NCBI GenBank assembly: GCA_038321865.1
Contig: JBBQFH010000001.1
Location: forward strand, 160,001-224,000
DNA from: Gemmatimonadales bacterium
Lineage (GTDB): Bacteria > Gemmatimonadota > Gemmatimonadetes > Gemmatimonadales > GWC2-71-9
Direction of reading: 5' to 3'
DNA: 64,000 nt
Shown here: positions 31,518 through 42,111 of the stretch, one piece after another
Position numbering within the stretch: the first letter of the stretch is position 1
How the letters are laid out: every line of letters starts with the position of its first letter
Position numbers and translations under genes: made by a program
Notes under the pieces: generated by a model
Seen by the model: only the letters and a program-made list of their open reading frames with translations
Told to the model about the DNA's origin: nothing
The model's database searches: none

Positions 31518-32015
31518 TCACACGTCCAGCCGGATGGAGAACCACTCGCGGAACGCGATCAGGATCAGCACGCCGAATAGCGCGGTGATGAGCGCCTGCA
31601 GCGGGCCGAAGACCGCGATCTCCGAGAGCAGTTCTCCCCGGGCGGACCCGCCGGCGATCAGCACGATCACATCCCGGAGCCACACGCCCGCCGCGATCAT
31701 CCCCGCGTTGACGAGCAGGTTGTCGGCGAAGAAGACCGCGCGGCCCCACGACGCCGCGTAGGCGACGAGCGTGCCAGCCAGCGCCGCCGCCCCGAACCGG
31801 GCCGGCGACAGCGAATCGTTGATCAGCCCGACCACGAAGCCGGCGACCGCGGCGTCTCCCGGCCGACTCCGCATGGCGTAAAGCATCAGGGCGATCATCA
31901 GGAAATCAGGGCTGACCCGCGCGTCCCAGAGCCGCGGGCGCACATAGAAATGCAGGACCACCAGTACGGCCATCACGGCAAACAGCTGAATCCGGCTGGC
32001 CCGCCCGGCGCTCAT
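31518..32015 (-). CDS. mreD: rod shape-determining protein MreD
   Basis: Hydrophobic 165 aa with PDF...GFVVGLINDSL; sits between mreC and mrdA. Confidence 0.88.
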   Translation of the reverse strand: MSAGRASRIQLFAVMAVLVVLHFYVRPRLWDARVSPDFLMIALMLYAMRSRPGDAAVAGFVVGLINDSLSPARFGAAALAGTLVAYAASWGRAVFFADNLLVNAGMIAAGVWLRDVIVLIAGGSARGELLSEIAVFGPLQALITALFGVLILIAFREWFSIRLDV

Positions 32016-33046
32016 CGCGCGCTGTCCACGCGCGGCCTGGCTCGCGCGGTGTCGGGCCGGGAGAGGCGCACGGACGGGCCGACCGAGTCGCGCGGAACGC
32101 GGCGCGTAGAATCGTGCTGGAGCACCTTGAGGAGCGAGTCCACGATGTGGACGCGCAGCAGTGAATCCGCCAGGCGCAGGCGGCGCAGGGTGTCCGCCCT
32201 GAGTGCCGCGAGCAGTGAATCACCCGGGTAGGCCGATTGCACCGATGCCGCCCGCGGCGCCCGGAGGATCATGACGTCGCTCACGCTGCTCGGATTGGCG
32301 GCCGGGCGCATGCGGTACACGCGCTCCCAGCCCGCCTGCTCCCGGGCGATGCCGAGGACGGTGCCCAGCGGAATGCCGCGCGGATAGACCCCGCCCAGGC
32401 CGGACGAGATGATCGGCGTTCCGACCGGCAGCGTATCCCGGTAGCTGGTCGACCGGAACTCCAGTGACGTCTCGCTGGCGGAGCCTCCAGCCGACGGCGC
32501 GACCATGCCGAACACTCGCCCGTCGGGTGAGGACGCGCTGACCCGGAATTCAGGATGGGCCCAGGTCATCACGGTGGCCTGTGCGTCCCCTCCGCTCCAG
32601 ACGACCCCGATCAGCCCGCTGGCGGCGATCACCGGCTCGAAGGTGTCCACGCGTCCGCCGACATGAACCAGCAGCATGCGGCCGTCGGTGGGCGTCGATT
32701 GATGGAGCACCTCGGCCGCCACGTAGGGTGTCGTCAGCCGGTTCCGCAGGCCAAGCAGGCCCCGCAGCTGGCGATTCTCGGCAGAGATGGCAGGGACGAA
32801 CTGGGCGGCGAATGCGGCGGAGTCCCGCTGTGCCACGACGGCGCGAAAACGCGCCTTGCTGGTGCGACCGTCTTCCGCACGCGCTTGCAGCCATATGAGT
32901 GGAGTGAAGGCAGAATCCCGCAAATTCGACGCGATGGCGAGCCCGACGCTCGACGGAAGGAAAAGCCCCAGAAGGGAAAGCCCGAGACAGACGAGAACGG
33001 ACACCGTGTCGCGGCGGCTGAACGTGCGATCCGACGCGCGCAGCAT
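32012..33046 (-). CDS. mreC: rod shape-determining protein MreC
   Basis: N-terminal TM helix, ENRQLRGLL, SSGLGGVYPRGIPLG. Confidence 0.92.
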   Translation of the reverse strand: MLRASDRTFSRRDTVSVLVCLGLSLLGLFLPSSVGLAIASNLRDSAFTPLIWLQARAEDGRTSKARFRAVVAQRDSAAFAAQFVPAISAENRQLRGLLGLRNRLTTPYVAAEVLHQSTPTDGRMLLVHVGGRVDTFEPVIAASGLIGVVWSGGDAQATVMTWAHPEFRVSASSPDGRVFGMVAPSAGGSASETSLEFRSTSYRDTLPVGTPIISSGLGGVYPRGIPLGTVLGIAREQAGWERVYRMRPAANPSSVSDVMILRAPRAASVQSAYPGDSLLAALRADTLRRLRLADSLLRVHIVDSLLKVLQHDSTRRVPRDSVGPSVRLSRPDTARARPRVDSAR

Positions 33047-33048
33047 CG

Positions 33049-34086
33049 TCAGCTCGAGAGCACGCTCTTGTACTTCTCGTAGTCGTCGAGAATCCGCCCG
33101 GTGCCGCGGACGACACAGGTCAGCGGATCCTCGTCCACGTGGATCGGCAGGCCGGTCTCCTGAGCCAGCAGGATATCGAGGCCACGGATGAGTGCACCGC
33201 CGCCGGTCATCACGATGCCGCGGTCAACGATATCGCTGGCGAGCTCCGGCGGCGTGATCTCCAACGCGCGGCGCACCGCGTCCACGATCTGCTGGATCGG
33301 CTCCTGGATGGCTTCCCGGATCTCGGTCGAATGCACCCGGACCGTCTTCGGGATGCCGGAGACGAGGTCGCGTCCCTTCACTTCCATTTCGCGTTCGTCA
33401 CCGGTCGGCGCGGCGGAGCCGATCTTGATCTTGATCTGTTCCGCGGTCGGCTCGCCGACCAGCAGGTTGTAGTTCTTGCGCATAAACTGCACAATGGCCT
33501 GATCGAGCTCGTCGCCGCCGGTGCGGATGGAGGTATCGGACACAATGCCCGACAGCGCGATCACGGCGATCTCAGTCGTGCCGCCGCCAATGTCGATCAC
33601 CATATTGCCGGTGGGGGTCTCGACCGGCAGGCCAACGCCGATCGCCGCCGCCATCGGCTCCGCCACCATCCACACCTGCTTGGCGCCCGCCGTCTCGGCC
33701 GAGTCGCGGACGGCGCGGCGCTCCACTTCGGTGATGCCCGAGGGGACGCAGACGATCACCTTCGGCTTCACCCGGAAGACATGCTTGTCGATGATGGTCT
33801 TGAGGAAGTACCGTAGCATCTTCTCCGTCACATCGAAGTCGGCGATGACGCCGTCCTTCAGCGGCCGCACCGCCAGGATGCCTTCCGGCGTGCGTCCCAG
33901 CATGCGCTTCGCCTCGAGTCCGATTCCCTTGATCTTGCCGGTTGCCTTCTCGATCGCCACGACCGAGGGCTCGTTGAGCACGATCCCCTCGCCCTTGACA
34001 TAGACGAGCGTGTTCGCCGTCCCGAGATCGACGGCGATCTCGTTCGCGGGCAGAAAGGAGCTCAGGCTGAGCGAGGGGAACTTCAT
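33049..34086 (-). CDS. mreB: actin-like rod shape protein
   Basis: DLGTANT, EPSVVA, DIGGGTTEIA, TGGGAL. Confidence 0.98.
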   Translation of the reverse strand: MKFPSLSLSSFLPANEIAVDLGTANTLVYVKGEGIVLNEPSVVAIEKATGKIKGIGLEAKRMLGRTPEGILAVRPLKDGVIADFDVTEKMLRYFLKTIIDKHVFRVKPKVIVCVPSGITEVERRAVRDSAETAGAKQVWMVAEPMAAAIGVGLPVETPTGNMVIDIGGGTTEIAVIALSGIVSDTSIRTGGDELDQAIVQFMRKNYNLLVGEPTAEQIKIKIGSAAPTGDEREMEVKGRDLVSGIPKTVRVHSTEIREAIQEPIQQIVDAVRRALEITPPELASDIVDRGIVMTGGGALIRGLDILLAQETGLPIHVDEDPLTCVVRGTGRILDDYEKYKSVLSS

Positions 34087-34114
34087 CGGTTATCGCCGGG
34101 GTTAAGAACAGCGT

Positions 34115-34143
34115 AAGGTAACTGTTGGCGTAAATCCGAACAA
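34115..34143 (-). promoter_or_regulatory. promoter of the mre operon
   Basis: TTGTTC-17-TACCTT in the AT-rich dut-mreB gap. Confidence 0.55.
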
Positions 34144-34162
34144 GAGCAAGACTTAGACGCTT

Positions 34163-34600
34163 TCAGACACCTGTACTGCCAAAACCTGATACACCTCGCG
34201 CAGACTCGGGCAGGCTGGCGACGACCCGGAAAGTGACGGTCTCGACCGGCGCCACGACCATCTGGGCGATTCGCATCCCCCGGGTGACCTCAAACGGCTC
34301 CGCGCCGAGATTGACGAGGGCGACCATCAGCTCGCCTCGATAGTCGCTGTCAATGGTGGCCGGGGAGTTGGGCAGGGTGATTCCGTGCCGGAGGGCCAGA
34401 CCCGAACGAGGCCGGATCTGGCATTCGTACCCCTCGGGGAGCGCGATGCTCATCCCCGTCCGGAAAAGCCGGCGCTCCAGAGGTGCCAGCGTGCCGTCCT
34501 CGGCGCTGGCCAGGTCGCAGCCGGCCGACCCCGCCGTGGCGGGGCTCGGGATGGGCAGGCCCTCCCCGTGCGGGAGCCGCGCCAGGAGGACGTCGACCAC
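34163..34600 (-). CDS. dut: dUTP diphosphatase
   Basis: [36 protein letters not shown]. Confidence 0.97.
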   Translation of the reverse strand: MVDVLLARLPHGEGLPIPSPATAGSAGCDLASAEDGTLAPLERRLFRTGMSIALPEGYECQIRPRSGLALRHGITLPNSPATIDSDYRGELMVALVNLGAEPFEVTRGMRIAQMVVAPVETVTFRVVASLPESARGVSGFGSTGV

Positions 34601-34603
34601 GGG

Positions 34604-35716
34604 CTACAGCAGCGTCTGCACGTCGACCAGGGACAACCCGAACGCGTCGGCCACGCCAGGATACACCACCTTGCCATCCACCACGTTCAGGCCGAGGCGG
34701 AGCGCACGATCGTTGGCGCAGGCCTTCTTCCAGCCGTCACGCGCCAGCTTGAGCGCATATGGCAGCGTGGCATTGGTCAGCGCAAGCGTAGAGGTGCGTG
34801 GCACGCCCCCCGGCATGTTGGCGACGGCGTAGTGCAGGATGCCATCCACGAAATAGGTCGGCTTCTCGTGTGTGGTCGGCTTGATCGTCTCGACGCAGCC
34901 GCCCTGGTCGACCGCCACGTCGACGATGACCGAGCCCGGCTTCATCCGCTTGAGATCAGCGCGCTTGATCAGGTGCGGCGCCTTCGCGCCCGGAAGCAGC
35001 ACGGCACCGACCACCAGATCGGCGTGCTCGATGGACTCGAGAATGTTGTACCGGTTCGAATAGAGCGTATCCACGTTTTTCGGGAGCACGTCGTCGAGGT
35101 AGCGCAGGCGGTCGAGTGAAATATCGAGGATGATCACGTGGGCGCCGAGGCCTGCCGCCATCTTGGCCGCGTTGATGCCGACGACTCCGCCGCCGATGAT
35201 GACCACCTCGCCCGGCGCGACGCCGGGAACGCCGCCCAGCAGGATTCCGCTCCCCCCGAAGACCTTCTCCAGGTATTTGGCACCCTCCTGCACCGCCATC
35301 CGCCCCGCGACCTCGGACATCGGCGTGAGGAGGGGCAGCTCACCGGACGGGAGCTCGACCGTTTCGTACGCAAGCGCCACGGCGCCGGAATCGATCACCG
35401 CGCGGGTCAGATCCTCCGCCGCCGCGAAGTGGAAGTAGGTGTAGATCAGCTGCCCCTTCCGCATGCGGGGCCACTCGACCGCGATCGGCTCCTTCACCTT
35501 CATGATCATGTCGGCGCGCTGCCACACCTCGTCGGCGGTCGGCAGGATCTGCGCTCCGGCGTCGGTGTACGCCGCATCGGCGAAGCCGCTGCCCAGCCCA
35601 GCGCCCTGCTCCACGAAGACCGTGTGGCCGGCACCGACGAGGGCCTCGGCGCCCGCCGGCGCGAGCGCGATCCGGTTCTCGTTGGTCTTGATTTCCTTCG
35701 GCACGCCGATGAGCAT
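34604..35716 (-). CDS. ald: alanine dehydrogenase
   Basis: GVPKEIK..E.R, KVKEP, PLLTPMSEVAGR, DVAVDQGG, VANMPG. Confidence 0.97.
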   Translation of the reverse strand: MLIGVPKEIKTNENRIALAPAGAEALVGAGHTVFVEQGAGLGSGFADAAYTDAGAQILPTADEVWQRADMIMKVKEPIAVEWPRMRKGQLIYTYFHFAAAEDLTRAVIDSGAVALAYETVELPSGELPLLTPMSEVAGRMAVQEGAKYLEKVFGGSGILLGGVPGVAPGEVVIIGGGVVGINAAKMAAGLGAHVIILDISLDRLRYLDDVLPKNVDTLYSNRYNILESIEHADLVVGAVLLPGAKAPHLIKRADLKRMKPGSVIVDVAVDQGGCVETIKPTTHEKPTYFVDGILHYAVANMPGGVPRTSTLALTNATLPYALKLARDGWKKACANDRALRLGLNVVDGKVVYPGVADAFGLSLVDVQTLL

Positions 35717-35767
35717 CTGAATGTCTCTGGTAAGTGGTAGGAGGATCGTCGGTGCAAGCCGGGCGGC

Positions 35768-37027
35768 TCAGTTCCCGCCGGGCCCCAGCCGCACCACGGT
35801 CTGGCGTTCGGCCGGGAAGAATTCGGCAGCGACCTCGGCTACGTCGGCCGCCGAGACGGCGTCGATCTGGGCGAGCATCTCGTCGAGTGGCCGGTATCGA
35901 TCGCCGTGGAGGGTGAACCCCGCCAGCCGCCCCATGCGCGATACCGGGTTTTCCAGCGACAGCATGATCTGGCCCTTCAATTGCTGCTTCCCGTCGGCCA
36001 GCTCACGGGGAGAGAGCACTTCCCGGGCCAGGCGATCGTATTCACCCCTGATCGCGGAGGCGGCATTGTCGGCGGAATCGGGCTGGGTACCGACGTACAC
36101 CCCGAGCTGCCCGGTGGACTGGTAGAAGCTCTTGAATGCGAATACGGCGTATGCCAGTCCCAGATCCTCCCTCACCCGCTGGAACAGCCGGCTGGACATC
36201 CCGCCGCCGAACACATTGGTCAGAATCGCCAGTGCAAACCGGCGCGGATCGCGCAGCGGAAACGTATCCGTGCCGAACACGATGTGCGTCTGCGTCGTGT
36301 CCCGGATCTCGATCCGCTCGGCGCCGCGCACCGCGGGAATGGCACTGACCGGGGCGGTCCTGGCGTCGGCCGCGGCGCCCTCAAACCAGCCCTCGCGTTC
36401 GAGCACGGTGAGCACCTGCTGGTGGTCCACATTGCCCGCCGCGGCGATGACGCAGTTGCCTCGCTGATAGGCTGCGTCGTGCAGCGCGCGCAAATCGGGC
36501 ACGCCCAGCGCGCAGAGCGAGTCCCGAGTCCCGAGTATCGAATATCCGTACGGGTGGTCGGGCCAGAGCGTCGCCGAGTGCAATTCGAAGACGAGATCAT
36601 CGGGCGTATCGTCCACCCCGCTGATCTCCTCGATGATGACCTTCCGCTCCGGAAGCAGATCACTGTCGCGAAGCAGGGGTCGCCGGACGATGTCGGTGAG
36701 GATCTCGGTGGCGAGCGGCAGGTCCGCGTCGAGGACGTGCGCCTGGTAGCCGGTATAGTCCCGGCCGGTGAACGCGTCGAGACTGCCGCCCCGCACCTCC
36801 AGCTCCATCGCCAGCTGCTGGGCGGTGCGGCGCTCCGTACCCTTGAATACCATGTGCTCGAGCAGATGGGACAGGCCCATCTTCTCGCGCGGCTCGTGGG
36901 CGCTGGCCTGCCGCACCCAGATGCCGACGGCCGCCGAGCGGACGCCGGGGAGCTGCTCCGTGAGCACCTGCAGCCCGTTGGGGGCCGTAGTCTGGAGCAG
37001 TCCCTCGTCGAGTCGAACCGTTTCCAA
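35768..37027 (-). CDS. M16 (pitrilysin-family) zinc peptidase
   Basis: HLLEHMVFKGT inverted zinc motif; GGGMSSRLFQ; TTG start with GGAG RBS. Confidence 0.93.
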   Translation of the reverse strand: METVRLDEGLLQTTAPNGLQVLTEQLPGVRSAAVGIWVRQASAHEPREKMGLSHLLEHMVFKGTERRTAQQLAMELEVRGGSLDAFTGRDYTGYQAHVLDADLPLATEILTDIVRRPLLRDSDLLPERKVIIEEISGVDDTPDDLVFELHSATLWPDHPYGYSILGTRDSLCALGVPDLRALHDAAYQRGNCVIAAAGNVDHQQVLTVLEREGWFEGAAADARTAPVSAIPAVRGAERIEIRDTTQTHIVFGTDTFPLRDPRRFALAILTNVFGGGMSSRLFQRVREDLGLAYAVFAFKSFYQSTGQLGVYVGTQPDSADNAASAIRGEYDRLAREVLSPRELADGKQQLKGQIMLSLENPVSRMGRLAGFTLHGDRYRPLDEMLAQIDAVSAADVAEVAAEFFPAERQTVVRLGPGGN

Positions 37028-37033
37028 GTGAGG

Positions 37034-39115
37034 CTACTCCTTGGGCAGGAGTGCCTTCCGGGAAAGCTTCATGCGGCCGCGCTCATCGACTTCGAGAAGC
37101 TTGACCTGGACGACATCGCCCTTCTTCACGACGTCTTCGGTCTTTTCGGTCCGGCCGTGCTGCAGCTCGCTGATGTGCAGCAGTCCCTCCACGCCGGGGA
37201 GAATCTCGACGAACGCGCCGAAGGCCGTCGTGCTCTTGACCGGCCCCTCGTACGTCTTGCCGACCTCGGGCTCGGTCGTGATGGCGGCCACCATCGCGCG
37301 GGCCTTCTCGCCCGCTTCGCCGCCGACGGCCGAGATCGTGACCAGGCCGCTGTCGTCGATGTTGATGCGGGCGCCGGTCGCTTCCTGGATCGCGCGAATC
37401 GTCTTGCCCTTCGGGCCGATGACATCGCCGATCTTGGCGGGCGGAATGTGGATGGTGATGATACGCGGCGCGTAGGGCGAGAGGTCCGCCCGGGCCGTGG
37501 AGAGCACCTTCTTCATCTCTCCCAGGATGTGGAGCCGGCCGACGCGCGCCTTCTCCAGCGCCTGCTCCATCAACTTGAGGTCGAGCCCCTCGATCTTGAT
37601 GTCCATCTGGATCGACGTGATCCCGGTCTCGGTCCCCGCGACCTTGAAGTCCATGTCGCCGAGATGATCCTCGGAGCCGAGGATGTCGGTCAGAATCGCG
37701 ACCTTCTTCCCTTCCTTGATCAGGCCCATCGCCACGCCGGCGCACGGCGCCTTCATGGGCACACCGGCGTCCATCAGCGCGAGCGAGCCGCCGCAGACGC
37801 TGGCCATGGACGACGAGCCGTTCGATTCGAGGATCTCCGAGACCACGCGCAGCGTGTAGGGAAACTCCTCGTAGTTCGGCAGGAGCGGGTGCAGTGCGCG
37901 TTCGGCGAGCGCCCCGTGGCCGATTTCGCGGCGGCTGGTGCCGCGCATCATCTTCACCTCGCCGGTCGAGAACGGCGGGAAGTTGTAGTGGAGCATGAAC
38001 GACTTGGTGGTCTCACCCGAGACGTCGATGCTGTCCACCCGCTGCTCGTCGTCCGCCGTCCCGAGGGTGACGGTGACCAGCGCCTGGGTCTGCCCGCGGG
38101 TGAAGAGCGCCGAACCGTGGACGCGCGGCAGCACGCTGGTCTCGATCGAAATCGGGCGGACGGTGTCGAGGTCACGGCCGTCGACGCGCTCGCCCTTGTC
38201 GAGCACCTGCTTCCGCATGGTACGGTATTCGATCTCCTCGAATTCGTTGCCGATCTCCTTGCCGCGGTCGCCGTACTCGCCGGCGAGGTCGGCGAGGATC
38301 TGTTCCTTGATCGCCTTGACGGCCGCAGTGCGGCCGGCCTTGTCCTTGGCGTTGATCGCCTTGCCCACAGCGGCTTCGCCCAGATCGCGTACCCGGCCGA
38401 TCAGCGTCTCGTCGGTGGCCGCCCGCTTCCAGTCCAGCTTCTTGACCGTGACCTTCTTCACCAGCTGCTGCTCCAGGCCGACCAGCTCCTGGATGCCGCG
38501 CTGCGCGACCTTGAGTGCCTCGAGCATCTCGGCTTCGGAGATTTCCAGGGCGCCGCCCTCGACCATCACGATCGAATCGGCCGAGCCGCTGACGGTGAGA
38601 TCGATGGTGGAGAACTCGAGCTGCTGGAAGGTCGGATTCAGGATCCAGTTACCATCTACCCGGCCGACGCGGACCGCGGCGAGCGGACCGTTCCACGGCA
38701 CGTTGGACACGCTGAGCGCGGCCGATGCGGCCGTCACACCCAGAATGTCGGCGTCGTTTTCCTGGTCGGCGGAGAGCACGGTGACGAACACCTGGACTTC
38801 GTTCTTGAAGCCCTCGGGAAAGAGCGGGCGGATCGAGCGATCGATCAGCCGGCAGGCGAGGATCTCCTTGTCCGACGGGCGGCCTTCGCGCTTCAGGAAC
38901 CCGCCGGGAATCTTGCCGGCGGCGTAGGTCTTCTCGCGGTACTCGACGGTCAGCGGGAAGAATGGAAGCGACGAGACGTTCGGTGACACGGTCACCGCGG
39001 CGAGCACCATGGTGTCGGCGTAGCGCACGAGGACGGCGCCAGCGGCCTGCTTCGCCATGCGCCCGGTCTCGAAGGAGAGCTGACGGCCGGCGAGTTCGGT
39101 TTCGATCCGTTGCAC
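37034..39115 (-). CDS. pnp: polyribonucleotide nucleotidyltransferase
   Basis: FFPLTVEY, RREIGHG, ESNGSSSMAS, GDMDFKVAG, KH and S1 domains; GTG start. Confidence 0.98.
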   Translation of the reverse strand: MQRIETELAGRQLSFETGRMAKQAAGAVLVRYADTMVLAAVTVSPNVSSLPFFPLTVEYREKTYAAGKIPGGFLKREGRPSDKEILACRLIDRSIRPLFPEGFKNEVQVFVTVLSADQENDADILGVTAASAALSVSNVPWNGPLAAVRVGRVDGNWILNPTFQQLEFSTIDLTVSGSADSIVMVEGGALEISEAEMLEALKVAQRGIQELVGLEQQLVKKVTVKKLDWKRAATDETLIGRVRDLGEAAVGKAINAKDKAGRTAAVKAIKEQILADLAGEYGDRGKEIGNEFEEIEYRTMRKQVLDKGERVDGRDLDTVRPISIETSVLPRVHGSALFTRGQTQALVTVTLGTADDEQRVDSIDVSGETTKSFMLHYNFPPFSTGEVKMMRGTSRREIGHGALAERALHPLLPNYEEFPYTLRVVSEILESNGSSSMASVCGGSLALMDAGVPMKAPCAGVAMGLIKEGKKVAILTDILGSEDHLGDMDFKVAGTETGITSIQMDIKIEGLDLKLMEQALEKARVGRLHILGEMKKVLSTARADLSPYAPRIITIHIPPAKIGDVIGPKGKTIRAIQEATGARINIDDSGLVTISAVGGEAGEKARAMVAAITTEPEVGKTYEGPVKSTTAFGAFVEILPGVEGLLHISELQHGRTEKTEDVVKKGDVVQVKLLEVDERGRMKLSRKALLPKE

Positions 39116-39167
39116 GATTACAGCCTTCTCTCTAGTGGGTTTCGGTTTCTTTCCTGCATCGATCCTC

Positions 39168-39208
39168 AAAACGGACAGGGCGCCCCGACCGAATGTCAGG
39201 ACGCCCTG
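39168..39208 (-). terminator. rpsO terminator / pnp leader hairpin
   Basis: cagggcgtcctgac / gtcggggcgccctg stem followed by tccgtttt. Confidence 0.65.
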
Positions 39209-39223
39209 GATGCTTCATCATGG

Positions 39224-39484
39224 CTAGTGGCGCAGACCGAGCTGTTCGATGAGTGACCGGTACATCGGCAGATCGCTGCGCTTCAGGTAGGTCAGCAGCC
39301 GCCGCCGTGTGCCGACCATCTTGAGCAACCCCCGACGGCTGTGATGATCCTTCGGGTGGGTCCGGAAGTGGTCGGTAAGCGAGTTGATCCGCTCGGTCAG
39401 CAGCGCCACCTGCACCTTGGTCGAGCCGGTATCGGTCTCGTGCTGCTGGTGCTTCGCCATCACTGCGGGCTTGTCGAGAATCAT
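39224..39484 (-). CDS. rpsO: 30S ribosomal protein S15
   Basis: [29 protein letters not shown]. Confidence 0.98.
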   Translation of the reverse strand: MILDKPAVMAKHQQHETDTGSTKVQVALLTERINSLTDHFRTHPKDHHSRRGLLKMVGTRRRLLTYLKRSDLPMYRSLIEQLGLRH

Positions 39485-39547
39485 TCTGCCAAAGTCCCCT
39501 TGCGGCCATACGGCCCGTTCAGACGCCCTAAAGTCACGTAGCTGCGG

Positions 39548-39577
39548 AAGATAACCCGCACCCCGACGGCGAGGCAA
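39548..39577 (-). promoter_or_regulatory. promoter of rpsO-pnp
   Basis: TTGCCT-18-TATCTT. Confidence 0.6.
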
Positions 39578-39595
39578 CCCCCGCCCCGGGTCCCG

Positions 39596-40993
39596 TTACC
39601 CGGGCCGGATCCCCTCGATCAGCCGCCGAATGTCGTTCCAGAACGCGAACACCATCAGCATCAGGATGAGCACCAGGCCGACCATCGTCAGCCGCTCGCG
39701 CAGCTTGAGCGGCAAAGGCCGCCGCAGCACGGCTTCACCCAGCAGAAACATGAACTGGCCACCATCCAGTACCGGCACAGGCAGCAGATTGAGCACCGCA
39801 AGATTGACCGAAATCAATGCCATGAACCCGAGGAACGCCTCGCCGCCGAGCCGCGCCGTCTGGCCCGCCAACTGCCCGATGAGGATCGGCCCCCCCAGCT
39901 CGCGCCCGGCGACGCGGCCGTTGAGCAGCCCGCGAACCGTACGGCCGACCTGGCTCGACGCGTCGACCGTTCGGCGCCAGCCTTCGGCAAACGCCCCGCC
40001 GAGCGAGTAGGGGCGTGTCCGGACCTTCGGCAATCCACCCCCGATCCCCAGGCGGCCCACCGTCCGCCTGGCTCCGGCGGAGTCGGTGACGGTCTCCGCC
40101 GCCGTGATGATCGTGAGGTCGAGGTGGCGCATCCCGCGGGCGAGCGTCAGCGTGATCGGGGAGGATACATGCGGCTCGACGAGCGGCGTTACATCGAGCC
40201 ACTGCGAGAGCGGCTGCCCGTCGATGGCAAGCACCGTATCGCCGACCTCGACGCCGGCGCGCGCGGCCGGCTGTCCGGGCACCACTTGGTTCACCACCGG
40301 AGGCACGAACGGAAAGATCGAGGCTGCGGCCAGCAGGCGCTCCTTCAAGGCGTCCCGGTGGATGGCGAGCACCACGTCACGGCCGCCTGCCAGGCCGATC
40401 GAGACCGTGTTGTCGGGTGCGGTCCGGATCCCGTCCACGATTTCATCCCAGCTCGCGACCGGCCGCCCGGCCACGCTCACGATGCGGTCGCCGGCACGCA
40501 GGGATTTCAGCGCCTCGGCGCCCGCCGGGATCAGGCTGTCGGTGATGGCGCCGACCCGCGTTTCCACGACGAGCTGCTCACCCTTCCAGAGCGAGAGCCC
40601 CGTGTAGACCAGGTACGCGAACAGCACGTTCATCGACACGCCGGCGAGGATCACGATCATCCGCTTCCACACCGGCTTCGCTTCGAACATCCGGTCAGGC
40701 GGGACCTCGGCCAGCGGCGTCCCGCCTTCCAGCGCCGCACTCGTCGCCTCTTCCTCGCGGCTCGCCATCTTCACGTAGCCGCCAAGCGGGAGCCACGAGA
40801 CGGAGTATTCGGTCTCTCCCCGGCGAAACGTCAGTGCGCGAATCGGACTCCCGAGCCCGAGCGAAAAACGGTGGACGTAGATCCCGGCCCACTTGGCCGC
40901 CAGAAAGTGTCCCGCCTCGTGCACGAAGACCAGCACGCCGAGTACCACCGCGAGCGCCAGCAGCGAGGTCACGAAACTGATCACGGCGTTCAC
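39596..40993 (-). CDS. rseP: RIP metalloprotease
   Basis: HEAGH, PLGGYVKM, two PDZ domains, NLLPVPVLDGG. Confidence 0.96.
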   Translation of the reverse strand: MNAVISFVTSLLALAVVLGVLVFVHEAGHFLAAKWAGIYVHRFSLGLGSPIRALTFRRGETEYSVSWLPLGGYVKMASREEEATSAALEGGTPLAEVPPDRMFEAKPVWKRMIVILAGVSMNVLFAYLVYTGLSLWKGEQLVVETRVGAITDSLIPAGAEALKSLRAGDRIVSVAGRPVASWDEIVDGIRTAPDNTVSIGLAGGRDVVLAIHRDALKERLLAAASIFPFVPPVVNQVVPGQPAARAGVEVGDTVLAIDGQPLSQWLDVTPLVEPHVSSPITLTLARGMRHLDLTIITAAETVTDSAGARRTVGRLGIGGGLPKVRTRPYSLGGAFAEGWRRTVDASSQVGRTVRGLLNGRVAGRELGGPILIGQLAGQTARLGGEAFLGFMALISVNLAVLNLLPVPVLDGGQFMFLLGEAVLRRPLPLKLRERLTMVGLVLILMLMVFAFWNDIRRLIEGIRPG

Positions 40994-42111
40994 TGCAGCA
41001 GCTCCCTGATGCGGCGGCGCGCCCAGCAGTCGGCGTCGCGCAGCGTGTCCGCATCGTCACCCGGACCGATGCGGTGCTCGCCGAGCACTCGCTCGAGAAG
41101 GTCGCTGATCCCGCCGAAGGTCGTGGCGCCGGAAAGAAACGCGGCCACCGCTTCCTCATTTGCAGCGTTGAACACGGCGGGTGCGGTACCGCCGGCCCGC
41201 CCGGCCGCAATACCGCACCGGAAGGCACCGAAGCTGTCGGTCCGCACTGGCTCGAAGGTGAGCGGTCCGGCCGCCACCGGATCGAACCGACGTATTCCGG
41301 CATCGGCCAGCCGGTGGGGATGCGTCAGTGAGTAGAGGATCGGGAGCTCCATCGAAGGAAAACCGAGCTGGGCGAGGACGCTCCCGTCGGCGAACTCTGC
41401 GAATGCGTGAATGACGCTCTGGGGATGCACGACGGCCTCGAGTTTGTCGTAGGACAGGCCGAACAGGAAGTGCGCCTCGATGAGCTCCAGCGCCTTGTTG
41501 GCCAGCGTGGCACTGTCGACCGAGATCTTCCGGCCCATGCGCCACGTCGGATGATTCAGCGCCTCGTCAACGGTGGCGGCGGCCAGCCGTGCGACCGGCC
41601 AGTCGCGGAACGGTCCGCCGGAGGCCGTCAGGATGAGGCGGCTGAGCGAGTGCTGCTGGCCGGTGACGCACTGCAGCACCGCGCTGTGCTCACTGTCCAC
41701 CGGCACGATGTCCCCCCCGCCGGCCCGTGCGGCCGCCGCCACCAGCTCGCCGCCCATCACCAGTGACTCCTTGTTGGCCAGCGCGACGCGCTTGCCGGCC
41801 CGCAGCGCAGCGAGCGTGGCATCGAGTCCGGCCGAGCCAACAACGGCATTGACGACGATGTCGGCGTCGGGGTGCGTGGCGGCTTCAATCAGGACCTGGG
41901 GACCATACGGCAGACCATCGCCAGGGATTCCGCCTGCCAGCCCGGCGTACGTCGGTTGCCACTCGGCGATCTGCTCCCGCAGCCGCTCCCCGTCACGGTG
42001 CGCCGTGAGGGCGACGACACGGAACTCGTCGGGATGGCGGCGAAGCACCTCGAGCGTGCTGCGGCCGACCGAGCCGGTCGAGCCGAGTACCGCGACCCCC
42101 CGCTGAGTCAT
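40990..42111 (-). CDS. dxr: 1-deoxy-D-xylulose-5-phosphate reductoisomerase
   Basis: LGSTGSVG, LANKESLV, PVDSEHSA, TASGGPFR, HPTWRMGRKIS. Confidence 0.97.
   Translation of the reverse strand: MTQRGVAVLGSTGSVGRSTLEVLRRHPDEFRVVALTAHRDGERLREQIAEWQPTYAGLAGGIPGDGLPYGPQVLIEAATHPDADIVVNAVVGSAGLDATLAALRAGKRVALANKESLVMGGELVAAAARAGGGDIVPVDSEHSAVLQCVTGQQHSLSRLILTASGGPFRDWPVARLAAATVDEALNHPTWRMGRKISVDSATLANKALELIEAHFLFGLSYDKLEAVVHPQSVIHAFAEFADGSVLAQLGFPSMELPILYSLTHPHRLADAGIRRFDPVAAGPLTFEPVRTDSFGAFRCGIAAGRAGGTAPAVFNAANEEAVAAFLSGATTFGGISDLLERVLGEHRIGPGDDADTLRDADCWARRRIRELLQ

Noticed and set aside
35906..38986. 1026-aa + strand ORF
   Set aside because: Antisense shadow of pnp and the M16 peptidase
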